Virus record (IMG/VR): IMGVR_UViG_3300027823_000001
Location: 1-64,000 of that record
From: a virus
Reading direction: 5' to 3' (one strand)
DNA length: 64,000 nucleotides
Position numbers and translations under genes: made by a program. The notes below the pieces were generated by a model, which searched no databases, was not told the origin of the DNA, and saw nothing but the letters and a program-made list of their open reading frames with translations. Shown piece by piece: positions 45,839 to 54,517 of the stretch. How positions within the stretch are numbered: the first letter of the stretch is position 1; the number at the start of each line of letters is the position of its first letter.

Positions 45839-45872
45839 GAAAGACCGTTTCGCAAGAGACGGTCTTTCTTTT
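45839..45872 (+). terminator. Rho-independent terminator
   Basis: GAAAGACCGT...GCAA loop...ACGGTCTTTC followed by TTTT. Confidence 0.85.
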
Positions 45873-45895
45873 GCCCTCAAGTCACGCGAAGCACA

Positions 45896-45905
45896 CATCG
45901 GGTAT
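45896..45905 (+). promoter_or_regulatory. CATCGKGTAK motif
   Basis: Just after the terminator. Confidence 0.65.
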
Positions 45906-45957
45906 GGCTTCAGCTGGAACCGTGAGACAAACAACAACCGACGACAGGAGATGCACA

Positions 45958-46266
45958 ATGGGTGACAAGAAAGCCGCGCACGCGCTTTTCATGCCGCGCG
46001 CCATGAAGGCTGGAGCGGTTCACCCGCTCGTAGCTACCAACGAGCTGCTCGTAGCTACCAACGAGCAGCTACGGAAGGACCTGTACGAGGCGCTCAACCA
46101 GCGCGACGTGTGGATGACGAAGGCCGTCGATGCGCAGAAGCAAAAGACCGTGCTGAACGACGCGCTGATACTCAAGGCACACACGTTGGAAATGCAGCGC
46201 GACGAAGCACGCGATGTGATCGTCAAGTTCGCAGCGGCGTCGCTCAACAAGGACTCGGTGCTCTGA
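45958..46266 (+). CDS. Coiled-coil hypothetical protein
   Basis: AGGAG RBS; 21-bp tandem duplication (LVATNE x2). Confidence 0.6.
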   Translation: MGDKKAAHALFMPRAMKAGAVHPLVATNELLVATNEQLRKDLYEALNQRDVWMTKAVDAQKQKTVLNDALILKAHTLEMQRDEARDVIVKFAAASLNKDSVL

Positions 46267-46694
46267 TGGTCCGCAAGCCCAGAGGTCACTCATCCACTGC
46301 ATCGAACTCTTTCAACGAAGCCGAGATCGGCGCGCTGAACTCACTCCTCAACGTGCTCACGCGCGGAGGCGATGGAAAGCTGATCCTACGCTCACCGCCC
46401 ATGGCTTCGCTACACCGCAAGTTCCGCCGCATGCATCACAACCTTCTCGTTACCAAGGCGATCGACGACAAGACCAGCAAGGAGCGGGCAGCGGGCAGCG
46501 CGTGCACTTGCCAAGACCAGATGGCAGCGCGCTTCGATTTTAACCCGACAGGGCACTACGTCTCGTGCTCGCACTGGGGCACGACGCTACCCAATACCGC
46601 ATCGTTCCCTTTGGGCAGCGCCGAGCCGACGTGCATCACAGCTGGAGGCGAAGACCCCTCAGCAGCTCCGGCGCAAGAGAGCGGTGATGAATGA
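46266..46694 (+). CDS. Hypothetical protein
   Basis: TGATG coupling. Confidence 0.55.
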   Translation: MVRKPRGHSSTASNSFNEAEIGALNSLLNVLTRGGDGKLILRSPPMASLHRKFRRMHHNLLVTKAIDDKTSKERAAGSACTCQDQMAARFDFNPTGHYVSCSHWGTTLPNTASFPLGSAEPTCITAGGEDPSAAPAQESGDE

Positions 46695-47065
46695 CCGAGC
46701 GAAAGCCTGGACCGGGCCAGCTAGGTCTGTTCGGACATCCGGCACCTCCCGATCCTGTCGAGCGTCGCAAGGTCGAGCACAAGAAGCGCGATGAGGTGCT
46801 CGATGCGTTGGGGCAGACTCGCGCGGCCCTCATACGCAAGGCGGGCGAGATCGCGCTTCGCATCGCACACAGGAAGGGCAACGTGACTAGCGTCGAGGTG
46901 TTCGACGAGCTGAAGCGCGAAGGCCTAGGCCCCATGCTCACGCTGTACGACCCTCGCTGGATCGGTGCGGTCTTCCGATCGGGTAACGGCTGGCGCAAGC
47001 AGGGCTACAGTACCGATGGCTCGCACGGGCGCCCTGTGTCCGTGTGGGAGCGAGGACAACGATGA
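46691..47065 (+). CDS. Hypothetical phage protein
   Basis: W.GAVF...W...GY....SHGRPVSVW motif. Confidence 0.65.
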   Translation: MTERKPGPGQLGLFGHPAPPDPVERRKVEHKKRDEVLDALGQTRAALIRKAGEIALRIAHRKGNVTSVEVFDELKREGLGPMLTLYDPRWIGAVFRSGNGWRKQGYSTDGSHGRPVSVWERGQR

Positions 47066-47140
47066 GACCGAAGGGCCCCACACCGCAGCCGTGCTGCCCG
47101 CGTTGCGAGGAGATCGCACGGGCGCACGGTTGGACACCTG

Positions 47141-47150
47141 CATCGGGTAT
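47141..47150 (+). promoter_or_regulatory. CATCGKGTAK motif
   Basis: CATCGGGTAT upstream of ATG 47167/47197. Confidence 0.55.
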
Positions 47151-47166
47151 TACTGTCGAAGCGTAC

Positions 47167-47817
47167 ATGCGTGCGCACGACTTGGAGGATCACGAGATGG
47201 ACGACACGACAGACGAAGCGAAGGTCGCGCGAGCACAGCTGGTAGCGAAGCTCAACGAGCAGCGGCTGATGACCAGAGAGCAAGCGATGGACAAGGCGCT
47301 CGAACTCTTGGGCGGCGGTGATGGCGCACTCATGGTGGCCGTCCTCGACGCAGACGAAGGACACAGCGGCGAAGGTTGGTACGGCTGGCGCGAAGGCGGC
47401 GAGGGCGCCGTGCTGCTGGAGGAGATGACTGCCGAGGACAGACGGGCACTGATGGCGAAGCAAGCTCTCGACTCGATGGGGCTGACCTCTGAAGAAGTCG
47501 AGCTGAACGCCGAGTTCACCAGCGCGTCCGATCCGTCGGACGCGCGCTGGCAGATCATCACCATCCGCACGCCGCGCGTACACAACCTCAAGGATCGTAA
47601 GCTGCACGGCGCCGATGCCCAGTGGATGGCGATGAGCTTCTTCGTCTCGTCTACGATCGGCGTGCTGGAGATGCTTCAGCTGTCACTGCCTCTTGCGGTG
47701 ACCAGTGCGCTTCACACCGAGGCCGTGATCAGCGGCCTGAGCATGACCCAGATCACCGTGGCTGCGATCGACGAACGCCGTCGGGAGCAGGCCGCGAAGA
47801 AGAAAGAGCAGCACTGA
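47167..47817 (+). CDS. Hypothetical protein
   Basis: Start uncertain (47167 or 47197 with GGAGG). Confidence 0.6.
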   Translation: MRAHDLEDHEMDDTTDEAKVARAQLVAKLNEQRLMTREQAMDKALELLGGGDGALMVAVLDADEGHSGEGWYGWREGGEGAVLLEEMTAEDRRALMAKQALDSMGLTSEEVELNAEFTSASDPSDARWQIITIRTPRVHNLKDRKLHGADAQWMAMSFFVSSTIGVLEMLQLSLPLAVTSALHTEAVISGLSMTQITVAAIDERRREQAAKKKEQH

Positions 47818-48161
47818 TGGGACACGCGAGAATCAACAACGAGTCGAAGGTCAAGCCTCTGGGGCGCAACGTCCTGCTGCGTGTCCACGCGCGCCCCGAC
47901 AAGACCGCCAGCGGGATCATCCTCGCCGAGCGTCGTGGGCGCGCGGAGATGGGTGAAGTGCTCGCGGTGGGTGCGGAGGTGCAGTCAGTCACTCCGGGCG
48001 AGTTGGCGAACTTCGATCCCTACACCCTCAAGCTCGTCATCACGCCCGCAGGTCCTGATACGACGAATAGCGTGAGCGCGAGCGCAGGTGACCTCGCCAT
48101 CGTGCACGAGGATTCGCTGCGCTACGTGATGACGACGTCCGTGGATCGGGGGTCGCGATGA
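47817..48161 (+). CDS. groES: GroES-like co-chaperonin
   Basis: VKPLG.NVL, KTASGIIL mobile loop, GEVLAVG, V.PG, IV.E. Confidence 0.8.
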   Translation: MGHARINNESKVKPLGRNVLLRVHARPDKTASGIILAERRGRAEMGEVLAVGAEVQSVTPGELANFDPYTLKLVITPAGPDTTNSVSASAGDLAIVHEDSLRYVMTTSVDRGSR

Positions 48162-48275
48162 CGTTCTTCGACTTCGCCTGGCGCATGCTCGTGATGGGCT
48201 CCGCCTTCCTGATCGCCGGTGTCGCGTTACTGTGGATCTGGCTCTCGTGAAGAAGCCCGCGTGAGTGCCAGACAG

Positions 48276-48319
48276 GAAGCCCCCGAGGGTTCACGCTCTC
48301 GGGGGCTTTCATCTCTTTT
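48276..48319 (+). terminator. Rho-independent terminator
   Basis: AAGCCCCCGAG...CTCGGGGGCTTT followed by a T-rich tail. Confidence 0.7.
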
Positions 48320-48324
48320 GGGTC

Positions 48325-48375
48325 TTGACGGATGCAAAGCACCAACACATCCTCTCCGCTGTAAAAGGAGGATGT
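48325..48375 (+). promoter_or_regulatory. Sigma70-like promoter with overlapping inverted repeat
   Basis: TTGACG-N17-CATCCT; ACATCCTC (48347-54) and GAGGATGT (48368-75) cover the -10 and RBS. Confidence 0.4.
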
Positions 48376-48379
48376 CATC

Positions 48380-48565
48380 ATGTCCACGACTCACGAACTC
48401 TCTGTGCTTGGTGCCGCTGTCCTGGTGACGGTGAGCGAACGCGACGAACTCTTCACCGCGAAGGTGAACGGCATGCCTGAGGTGCAGGCCGTCGCGACAA
48501 CGCGAGAGGGCGTGCTGCGCAAGATCGCGCATCAGCTCACCTACGCGGTCGATCAAGCCGCCTGA
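48380..48565 (+). CDS. HicB-like small protein
   Basis: AAGGAGG RBS; F.A.V..MP...A...T.E..L..I pattern of the HicB N-terminal domain. Confidence 0.5.
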   Translation: MSTTHELSVLGAAVLVTVSERDELFTAKVNGMPEVQAVATTREGVLRKIAHQLTYAVDQAA

Positions 48566-48667
48566 AGAACCTGCACCGTGACGCCGTGGAGGCTTGCGAC
48601 CCCCACAGCACGTGATGCACTAGAGAGCCCCGTCGCCGCGTTGTTACCGCGAGCTGACGGGCTCTCG

Positions 48668-48677
48668 CATCGGGTAT
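48668..48677 (+). promoter_or_regulatory. CATCGKGTAK motif
   Basis: 9 nt before ATG 48687 (23-codon ORF), directly after a hairpin. Confidence 0.6.
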
Positions 48678-48750
48678 GTACAGGGCATGAAACTCAGCAG
48701 CGCGATCCAGGCCTTCGTGATCGAAGTGCACAACGTGAACGAGGTGCCTC

Positions 48751-48957
48751 GTGGCTGATGACTGGCACAGACTCTCGCCCGCAGACACGCGCACGATGCT
48801 AGCGAACAAAGGCGTGCGTCGTATCCGCGACCACGACATGACTCGCCAGATCCTGAACTGGAGATGTTGCCGACACTGCGGACTGCTGGGTTTGAAGAAC
48901 GAAGCAACGCGACAAGCGCTGCGCGCCAAGTGCATCACCTACGAGGATGCGAAATGA
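48751..48957 (+). CDS. Small zinc-finger protein
   Basis: GAGG RBS; H...CRHCGL..LKN......C. Confidence 0.6.
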   Translation: MADDWHRLSPADTRTMLANKGVRRIRDHDMTRQILNWRCCRHCGLLGLKNEATRQALRAKCITYEDAK

Positions 48958-49496
48958 AACGAGCCGAACGACTGCGCCTCGACACCGCGCGCCACGCAAA
49001 CATCACAGGTTGGTTCGCGCGCCACGCCCTCGTGCGCAAACTGGAAGTGGACGGCGTGGTGACGAGCGCGCGCTTCCAACGCATCCGAACGCAGCCGCCC
49101 GACTTCTTCGGACGGTGGGATAGCGCCTACTGGTTCGAGGTCGTGATGCTCCAGAATGGCAGGCTGCTCGTGCATGGGGACTTTGAGATGGTGATGTTCG
49201 CGCAGCACCATTGCTCCAACCTCAACGGCGCCGTCAACTGGCTCGGGCAGTCCGGGCTCGGCGATCCCTACGTCTACGAGAAGGCGAACATGGGCATGCA
49301 CATGAGGATGCTCGCTCACGATCGCGTGGACGTGGCGCATGCGGCACTGCGCACTGCGCGCGCTCTCTTGTTCGCCAACCAGTGCCCAGTGCTGAACCCT
49401 CTGCACATGGAGCCGTGCTGCTTCATGGCAGGGCACCCGGCCGATTGCGTCGTGCGCACAGACGATAGGCTCGGGACGCCTGGTCAGGGCGCCTGA
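48954..49496 (+). CDS. Hypothetical phage protein
   Basis: ATGA coupling; Y.F.V....G.L.V.GD, Y.YEK. Confidence 0.65.
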   Translation: MKRAERLRLDTARHANITGWFARHALVRKLEVDGVVTSARFQRIRTQPPDFFGRWDSAYWFEVVMLQNGRLLVHGDFEMVMFAQHHCSNLNGAVNWLGQSGLGDPYVYEKANMGMHMRMLAHDRVDVAHAALRTARALLFANQCPVLNPLHMEPCCFMAGHPADCVVRTDDRLGTPGQGA

Positions 49497-49501
49497 CCAC
49501 G

Positions 49502-49511
49502 CATCGTGTAT
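49502..49511 (+). promoter_or_regulatory. CATCGKGTAK motif
   Basis: Intergenic CATCGTGTAT. Confidence 0.6.
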
Positions 49512-49532
49512 AGTATGGTGGAGGTTCCGACC

Positions 49533-50069
49533 ATGACTCGCATCGCACTCACCCTCGCACTTCTCACGCTGGCCTGCTGCGGCGAGCGCATCGTCTACGT
49601 CTACCCTGACACCAGCGCAGAGGACGCAGGCCCAACGGCGGACGCAGGCGCCCCTCAGCGCGACGCGGAGGTCGCGCCCGACGCCGAGGGTGTGGATGCC
49701 CCTCGTGGCACCTGTGAGCCCGACAGGACGCCCGGCACGGTGAGCCACAGTGACTGCCGCTCGGTGAGCGGTCGCACGATCTGCGACGCGGTCAGCGAAC
49801 AGTGCGTGTCAGAGCCCGTGGACTTCTGCGGCGCATGCGCGAGCAACGCGGACTGCGCCAACTTCGACTTGACCGCGCGCTGCACGTTCATCGAAGGCGG
49901 TGGGCGCTCCAACAACGACTCGGCGTGCCTCTCACCGTGCACCGTCGCAGCGGACTGCGACTTCTTGCGCCGCGACTGGATCAACGTCGCATGCATGCCG
50001 CTCGGCGCAGGGTCGTTCTGCTTGCCGGACTTTGGCCACTGCCGCGACCATTCAGGCTCGCGCCGCTGA
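49533..50069 (+). CDS. Cys-rich lipoprotein of myxobacterial style
   Basis: GGAGG RBS; LACC lipobox; DAG/PDA linker; C-x3-DC repeats. Confidence 0.75.
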   Translation: MTRIALTLALLTLACCGERIVYVYPDTSAEDAGPTADAGAPQRDAEVAPDAEGVDAPRGTCEPDRTPGTVSHSDCRSVSGRTICDAVSEQCVSEPVDFCGACASNADCANFDLTARCTFIEGGGRSNNDSACLSPCTVAADCDFLRRDWINVACMPLGAGSFCLPDFGHCRDHSGSRR

Positions 50070-50908
50070 TGCTGAGTGATGAGGAGTTCGCCGTGCGCAT
50101 GAGGGTGCTGCGCGGCGATGCACCACTCAAGCGCACGGCACCGTGGCAGCAGCTGATGGACATCTCGATCGCGAACGTGCGCGACATGATCTACACGCCT
50201 GGCATCGCAGACAACGAAGGTAACGTCGAGCCCTTGCAATGCGTGAGCTTCGGCGAAGCAACGGCGGACACTGGTGCCGGCGCGCTGATCAGGCCTTTCG
50301 TGGTCAGCTCGACGCGCGCGGATTACGGTGCGAAGCGCTCGATGGTCGAGAAGACGGTGCGCTCTGATGGTGAAGAGCTGACGAGCTGGCTTGTGCAACA
50401 GCCAGGCGCCGATCAGTTCCTCTCGGTCGAGTTCTGCACATCACTCTACGAGAACACGGTGAGGCTGCTGCTCAAGAGCGTCTTGACACCACATCGTGCA
50501 ATCCAATACTGGCAAGACGCCTTCGATGCAGGACTGCTGCGCCAAGGCATGCACCCGCGGTGGCGTCACCTGGCAGAGCCTCGCGCTTACGGCTGGCAGG
50601 TGACAACCATCGAGTGTCCAAAGGGTGAAGACCGCGCGGTCTTCACGCTGCGCAAAGAAGCCGTTTGGATCGATCACGATGGCAAGCTCGCAACACCGTG
50701 GGGCGCGGTCGACAGTGCCTACACCGATCCGATGGTGATCTCAGGTAGCAGTCTCGAACGCCTGATCGAGAAGTACAGTGACGCCATGGAGATGGTGGAC
50801 AGCAGGACGTGCATTGAAGGATTGCAGATGCCCTCTTACGATCGGGCCCGTGTTGCGAGTATCCTCGCGGCGCAGACCGTGCTCGTGGAGGTACCGCTTG
50901 CCCCGTGA
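50069..50908 (+). CDS. Hypothetical protein
   Basis: TGATG coupling; 279 aa. Confidence 0.7.
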   Translation: MLSDEEFAVRMRVLRGDAPLKRTAPWQQLMDISIANVRDMIYTPGIADNEGNVEPLQCVSFGEATADTGAGALIRPFVVSSTRADYGAKRSMVEKTVRSDGEELTSWLVQQPGADQFLSVEFCTSLYENTVRLLLKSVLTPHRAIQYWQDAFDAGLLRQGMHPRWRHLAEPRAYGWQVTTIECPKGEDRAVFTLRKEAVWIDHDGKLATPWGAVDSAYTDPMVISGSSLERLIEKYSDAMEMVDSRTCIEGLQMPSYDRARVASILAAQTVLVEVPLAP

Positions 50909-51455
50909 ACGACCGAAGACCTACGGAGAGGAGCTACGCCGCTGGCCTCCTGAGATGCTCTCCAGCGGAGAGCTGAAGCAGCTCGCCGATGAACGTGCGT
51001 GGGAGCGCACGCACCCGCAAGAGGTCGCCGCGCTCGACGCGCTACTCGGCGAGCGCGTGGTGCTCGTTGCAAAGCAGGAGGGCCTCTATGCGACGTGGGC
51101 AGAGGAACTACCGCCACGCGAGCGCCGCATCCCCGGAGTGACTGGGATCCTCATCCCGACGCACCTACGCGCAGGGCTCGCGTTCGTGGTCCAGGCAAGG
51201 CTCGGCTCACGGCTGCTGGGAGTCGATGCAGTTGGAGAGCCGTGGCTCTTGCGTCGCGAGTGGCTGCGAGTCTCACATCGTGTAGAGAGTGCGCATGGTA
51301 CTGAAGAAGGGCCGAACAGTACGAGTAGGACCGCCGATCAGCAACGCGACGCGAGAGGCGCTAGCGCGAGCGACAGCTGCACAGCCCGAGCCCCCGAAGC
51401 AGCGCCGCGACATCCTGGTTTCGTCGAACGTCACCCCCGACCAATGCTCCGATGA
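50898..51455 (+). CDS. Hypothetical protein
   Basis: GGAGG RBS + TTG; 3' part overlaps the next gene. Confidence 0.4.
   Translation: MPRERPKTYGEELRRWPPEMLSSGELKQLADERAWERTHPQEVAALDALLGERVVLVAKQEGLYATWAEELPPRERRIPGVTGILIPTHLRAGLAFVVQARLGSRLLGVDAVGEPWLLRREWLRVSHRVESAHGTEEGPNSTSRTADQQRDARGASASDSCTARAPEAAPRHPGFVERHPRPMLR
51276..51285 (+). promoter_or_regulatory. CATCGKGTAK motif
   Basis: CATCGTGTAG, 9 nt before ATG 51295. Confidence 0.6.
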
Positions 51456-52113
51456 CCAGCTCGCGCGCCGCCTACGCCTGAAGCGCGGTGAGCTGGTCGC
51501 AGCGGAAGGCAACGAGCACGACATCGCGTCGATCACTGCGACGATGCGCGAGATCAACGGGTTCCTGTGCGGACGCATGCGCACCGATCACCCGTGGCAC
51601 AGGACTCCGAACGCATTACTGAACGCACTACACGGCATCACGCGTGGCGCAGGGCGCAGCGTGCAGGGCTTCTTTGGATCGCTCGCAAAGCCTCAGCAAA
51701 TAGTGTCATCGGGGTGTATCCGGGTCGACGAGATCGGCTACACGACAGGCCCGATGGCGCTCTCGGAGCACGAGGTCGGTTGGTTCAACGGAGGCACGTT
51801 GATCCTCGCGTGGGATGTGTTTGAGCACCGCAACGCGATCCGCCAACTGCGCGCGGTGGACGTTGATGGCTACGGCGTGCAAGGCCTCATACTCGATCGA
51901 GTGCTTCGCGTCCCCATCACCTCGGACTACCGCTTTCAGACTGAGTACCCTACACGATCAGCAGTGGATGCAGAGCGCCATGCGCTGCGCATCTTCTCGC
52001 GAGTCAGCAACGCACCTCAAGATCAACACACCGTGTGGGGCCCTGCGGGCGGTGCAGCGATCGATCTGATCGCCGAGCTGAACGCAGTGCACGGCTTCAC
52101 CGCGTACGTCTGA
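51295..52113 (+). CDS. Hypothetical protein
   Basis: 272 aa, upstream of terminase. Confidence 0.65.
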   Translation: MVLKKGRTVRVGPPISNATREALARATAAQPEPPKQRRDILVSSNVTPDQCSDDQLARRLRLKRGELVAAEGNEHDIASITATMREINGFLCGRMRTDHPWHRTPNALLNALHGITRGAGRSVQGFFGSLAKPQQIVSSGCIRVDEIGYTTGPMALSEHEVGWFNGGTLILAWDVFEHRNAIRQLRAVDVDGYGVQGLILDRVLRVPITSDYRFQTEYPTRSAVDAERHALRIFSRVSNAPQDQHTVWGPAGGAAIDLIAELNAVHGFTAYV

Positions 52114-52163
52114 AAGCAGAGCGCTGTTGCGCGTTCCGGCAAGTGCGCGCACTCTGATGGTGA

Positions 52164-53885
52164 ATGCACTCCTTCCCTGCGACGGCTTCTCGCAAGGGTA
52201 CGACGCGATCGGTACCAGCTGCGAAAGCCACCGTCACCGCGTCGCACCTTGGTCATGATCCAACGTGGGGACCGCTGTACGCGAACATGCTCGCGCAGTC
52301 GCTGTGTCTGTTCGCGAGAGACATACTCGGACTGACCATCGCCGAGTTCATGCTGGAGTGGGAGGACATGGTCCACTCTCACGATCGGATCGCGACGCTC
52401 GCTGCTCGTGACCACGGCAAGAGCACTTGGTGGACCTACGCCTACCCGATCTGGCGCGCCGTGTTCGAGCCAGGCGCTGAGGTTTACATCTTCGGCAAGA
52501 CGCAGGAGAGCGCGCAGGAGTACATTGACATCATCCTCTATGGGAAGGGCAACCTCCGAGGCATGGTGGACATCGCGTCGCTCTCGGACTTGGTGCCGAC
52601 GCGCGAGCAGACGATGCGAGACCCGCGTCTGCGCCTGAACAAGAGCGACGTGCGCTTTCACAATGGCTCGCGCATCCGCGCCGTGTCGTGGGGCAAGAGC
52701 ACGCGTGGTCGCCACCCGAAGTACGTAGTGTGCGACGACGTACTCTCCGATGAGGACATGTGGTCGGAGACGACGCGCAAAAAGAACATCGAGTACTTCA
52801 AGGGCGCGATCACGAACATGCCGCCGCCCAACGGTCAGCTGATCGTGGTGGGCACGCCCTTCCATGCAGCGGACCTATACAACTGGCTGCGTATCAACAA
52901 GCGCTACACGTTCAAGAAGTTCCCGGGCATCGTGCGAGAGGGGGGCACTGAGCGCGCTCTCTTCCCAGGGCGATGGTCTCTGAAGCTGCTCTACATGAAG
53001 CGGGAGGAGATCGGCTCTGTCGCGTTCGCGCGAGAGATCCTGTGCGAGCCCATCACAGACGACCTCTCGATCTTCCCCTCGCACCTGTTCCCGCCGCTGC
53101 ACGATGCAGGCATGCGACTGCGCCCCAAGCGCAGCGTGATCAAGCAACTGGGCTGGCAGGTCTACATGGGCGTGGACCTCGCGCTCTCTGCGAGCGTCGG
53201 CGCCGACTTCACCGTGATCTTCGTGATCGCCAAAGATCACGATGGTCAGCGCTACATTCTGGACATCGTACGCACCAAGGGGCTCGCGTTTCGCAAGCAG
53301 CTCGAACTGATCGAACGCGTCGCCAAGCGATACGACCCGAACCTGATCTTCATTGAGGCCAACCTCTTCCAACGCATCTACAGCGACGAGATGCGCCGCA
53401 CGACCGACCTCCCGGTCAAGCCGTTCATCACGCACGCGCACAACAAGAACCCACTCGACAAGGGCATTCCCTCGCTGCGCATCCTGCTGGAGAACGAGAA
53501 GTACACGATCCCGTACGACACCAAGGATGCTTACACCGTCGAGAACATCGTAACGTGGGAGAGCGAGGCGAGCCAGTTCGGCTTCGTCGATGGGAAGCTA
53601 CAGGGGATCGGCGAACACGACGATACGGTGATGGCGTGGTGGCTCGCTGAAGAAGCCTGCAAGGCCGGCGGCTTCACGTTCGCGATGGGTGACGACGAGG
53701 AGACGGGCGAGGGAGGCGACATCGTTGGTGACGACTCTCCTGGCGGCGCTGAGGAAGATGCACACTGGAAGCGCGAGATGGGGCTCACTGATGAGGGTGA
53801 CGAGAAGGAGGACGCGGCTGAAGACGATCGCTTCGAGGACTACGACGATCCGTTCGGCATCGGACCACCGAAGCGCCCTTCGTGA
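52164..53885 (+). CDS. terL: Terminase large subunit
   Basis: AARDHGKS Walker A, RGRHP..VVCDD Walker B, VGTP, MGVDLA, EAN.FQ, HDDTVMA; acidic tail. Exact start uncertain. Confidence 0.93.
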   Translation: MHSFPATASRKGTTRSVPAAKATVTASHLGHDPTWGPLYANMLAQSLCLFARDILGLTIAEFMLEWEDMVHSHDRIATLAARDHGKSTWWTYAYPIWRAVFEPGAEVYIFGKTQESAQEYIDIILYGKGNLRGMVDIASLSDLVPTREQTMRDPRLRLNKSDVRFHNGSRIRAVSWGKSTRGRHPKYVVCDDVLSDEDMWSETTRKKNIEYFKGAITNMPPPNGQLIVVGTPFHAADLYNWLRINKRYTFKKFPGIVREGGTERALFPGRWSLKLLYMKREEIGSVAFAREILCEPITDDLSIFPSHLFPPLHDAGMRLRPKRSVIKQLGWQVYMGVDLALSASVGADFTVIFVIAKDHDGQRYILDIVRTKGLAFRKQLELIERVAKRYDPNLIFIEANLFQRIYSDEMRRTTDLPVKPFITHAHNKNPLDKGIPSLRILLENEKYTIPYDTKDAYTVENIVTWESEASQFGFVDGKLQGIGEHDDTVMAWWLAEEACKAGGFTFAMGDDEETGEGGDIVGDDSPGGAEEDAHWKREMGLTDEGDEKEDAAEDDRFEDYDDPFGIGPPKRPS

Positions 53886-53963
53886 CGATGCCACACGCGC
53901 ACGCTACGCTGCGCGCACTACGCAGGTGGGGTCCACCTGCGCAACTGAAAGGAACGGACCATC

Positions 53964-54389
53964 ATGGGTATTCGCACTCTCTACTCGGACATCTATCTCA
54001 ACACGCAGAACGGCAAGACCGACGTACCGTACGCGAGCAAGCTCGAACTCGTGCGCGCGATCATGCTGCACGCGGCCGAGGCGTACTCGGGACGCTTCAC
54101 CGGAACGGGCGCAGCGCTGGAGGTCGTGACCCCCTTCGCTCCGGGCTTCGTGATCCTCTTCAATCGCACGGCGCCATGCTTGGTGGTGAAGATGCCTGGC
54201 ATGGCTGCGGCTGCGTCGATGAAGCTCAACGGCACGCCCGCGCTGACGTACACGGGCACCAACATGGTCACACTCGGCGTGGTGGCTGGTCCGCTGGGCT
54301 TCACGGTCGGCACGGATGCCGACCTCAACACGGCCGCCGAAGTGGTCGAGTGGGTGGCGCTCGGCTTCCGTGATCAGGCCTCTCTCTGA
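53964..54389 (+). CDS. Putative virion protein
   Basis: AAGGA RBS; Gly/Thr/Ala-rich beta-type sequence in the head cluster. Confidence 0.6.
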   Translation: MGIRTLYSDIYLNTQNGKTDVPYASKLELVRAIMLHAAEAYSGRFTGTGAALEVVTPFAPGFVILFNRTAPCLVVKMPGMAAAASMKLNGTPALTYTGTNMVTLGVVAGPLGFTVGTDADLNTAAEVVEWVALGFRDQASL

Positions 54390-54517
54390 TCGCGTGAACA
54401 GGCTCTGACGCGCGACACCATCGCGTAGAGGAGCGGGATACCCTGGCAGGTGGAGCCCCTGCCAGGGTCGCATCCTCGTGTGGGCGGGACGCGGATGCAC
54501 TACTCTTGAGGTGAACG

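Noticed and set aside
22736-53885. Inteins or introns in polA, recA or terL
   Set aside because: Lengths are normal, motifs are contiguous, and no intein splice or homing-endonuclease motifs were seen.
54439-54500. Hairpins CCCTGGCAGG/CCTGCCAGGG and GCATCC/GGATGC as a terminator or riboswitch
   Set aside because: No U-tract and no recognisable aptamer; function cannot be supported.
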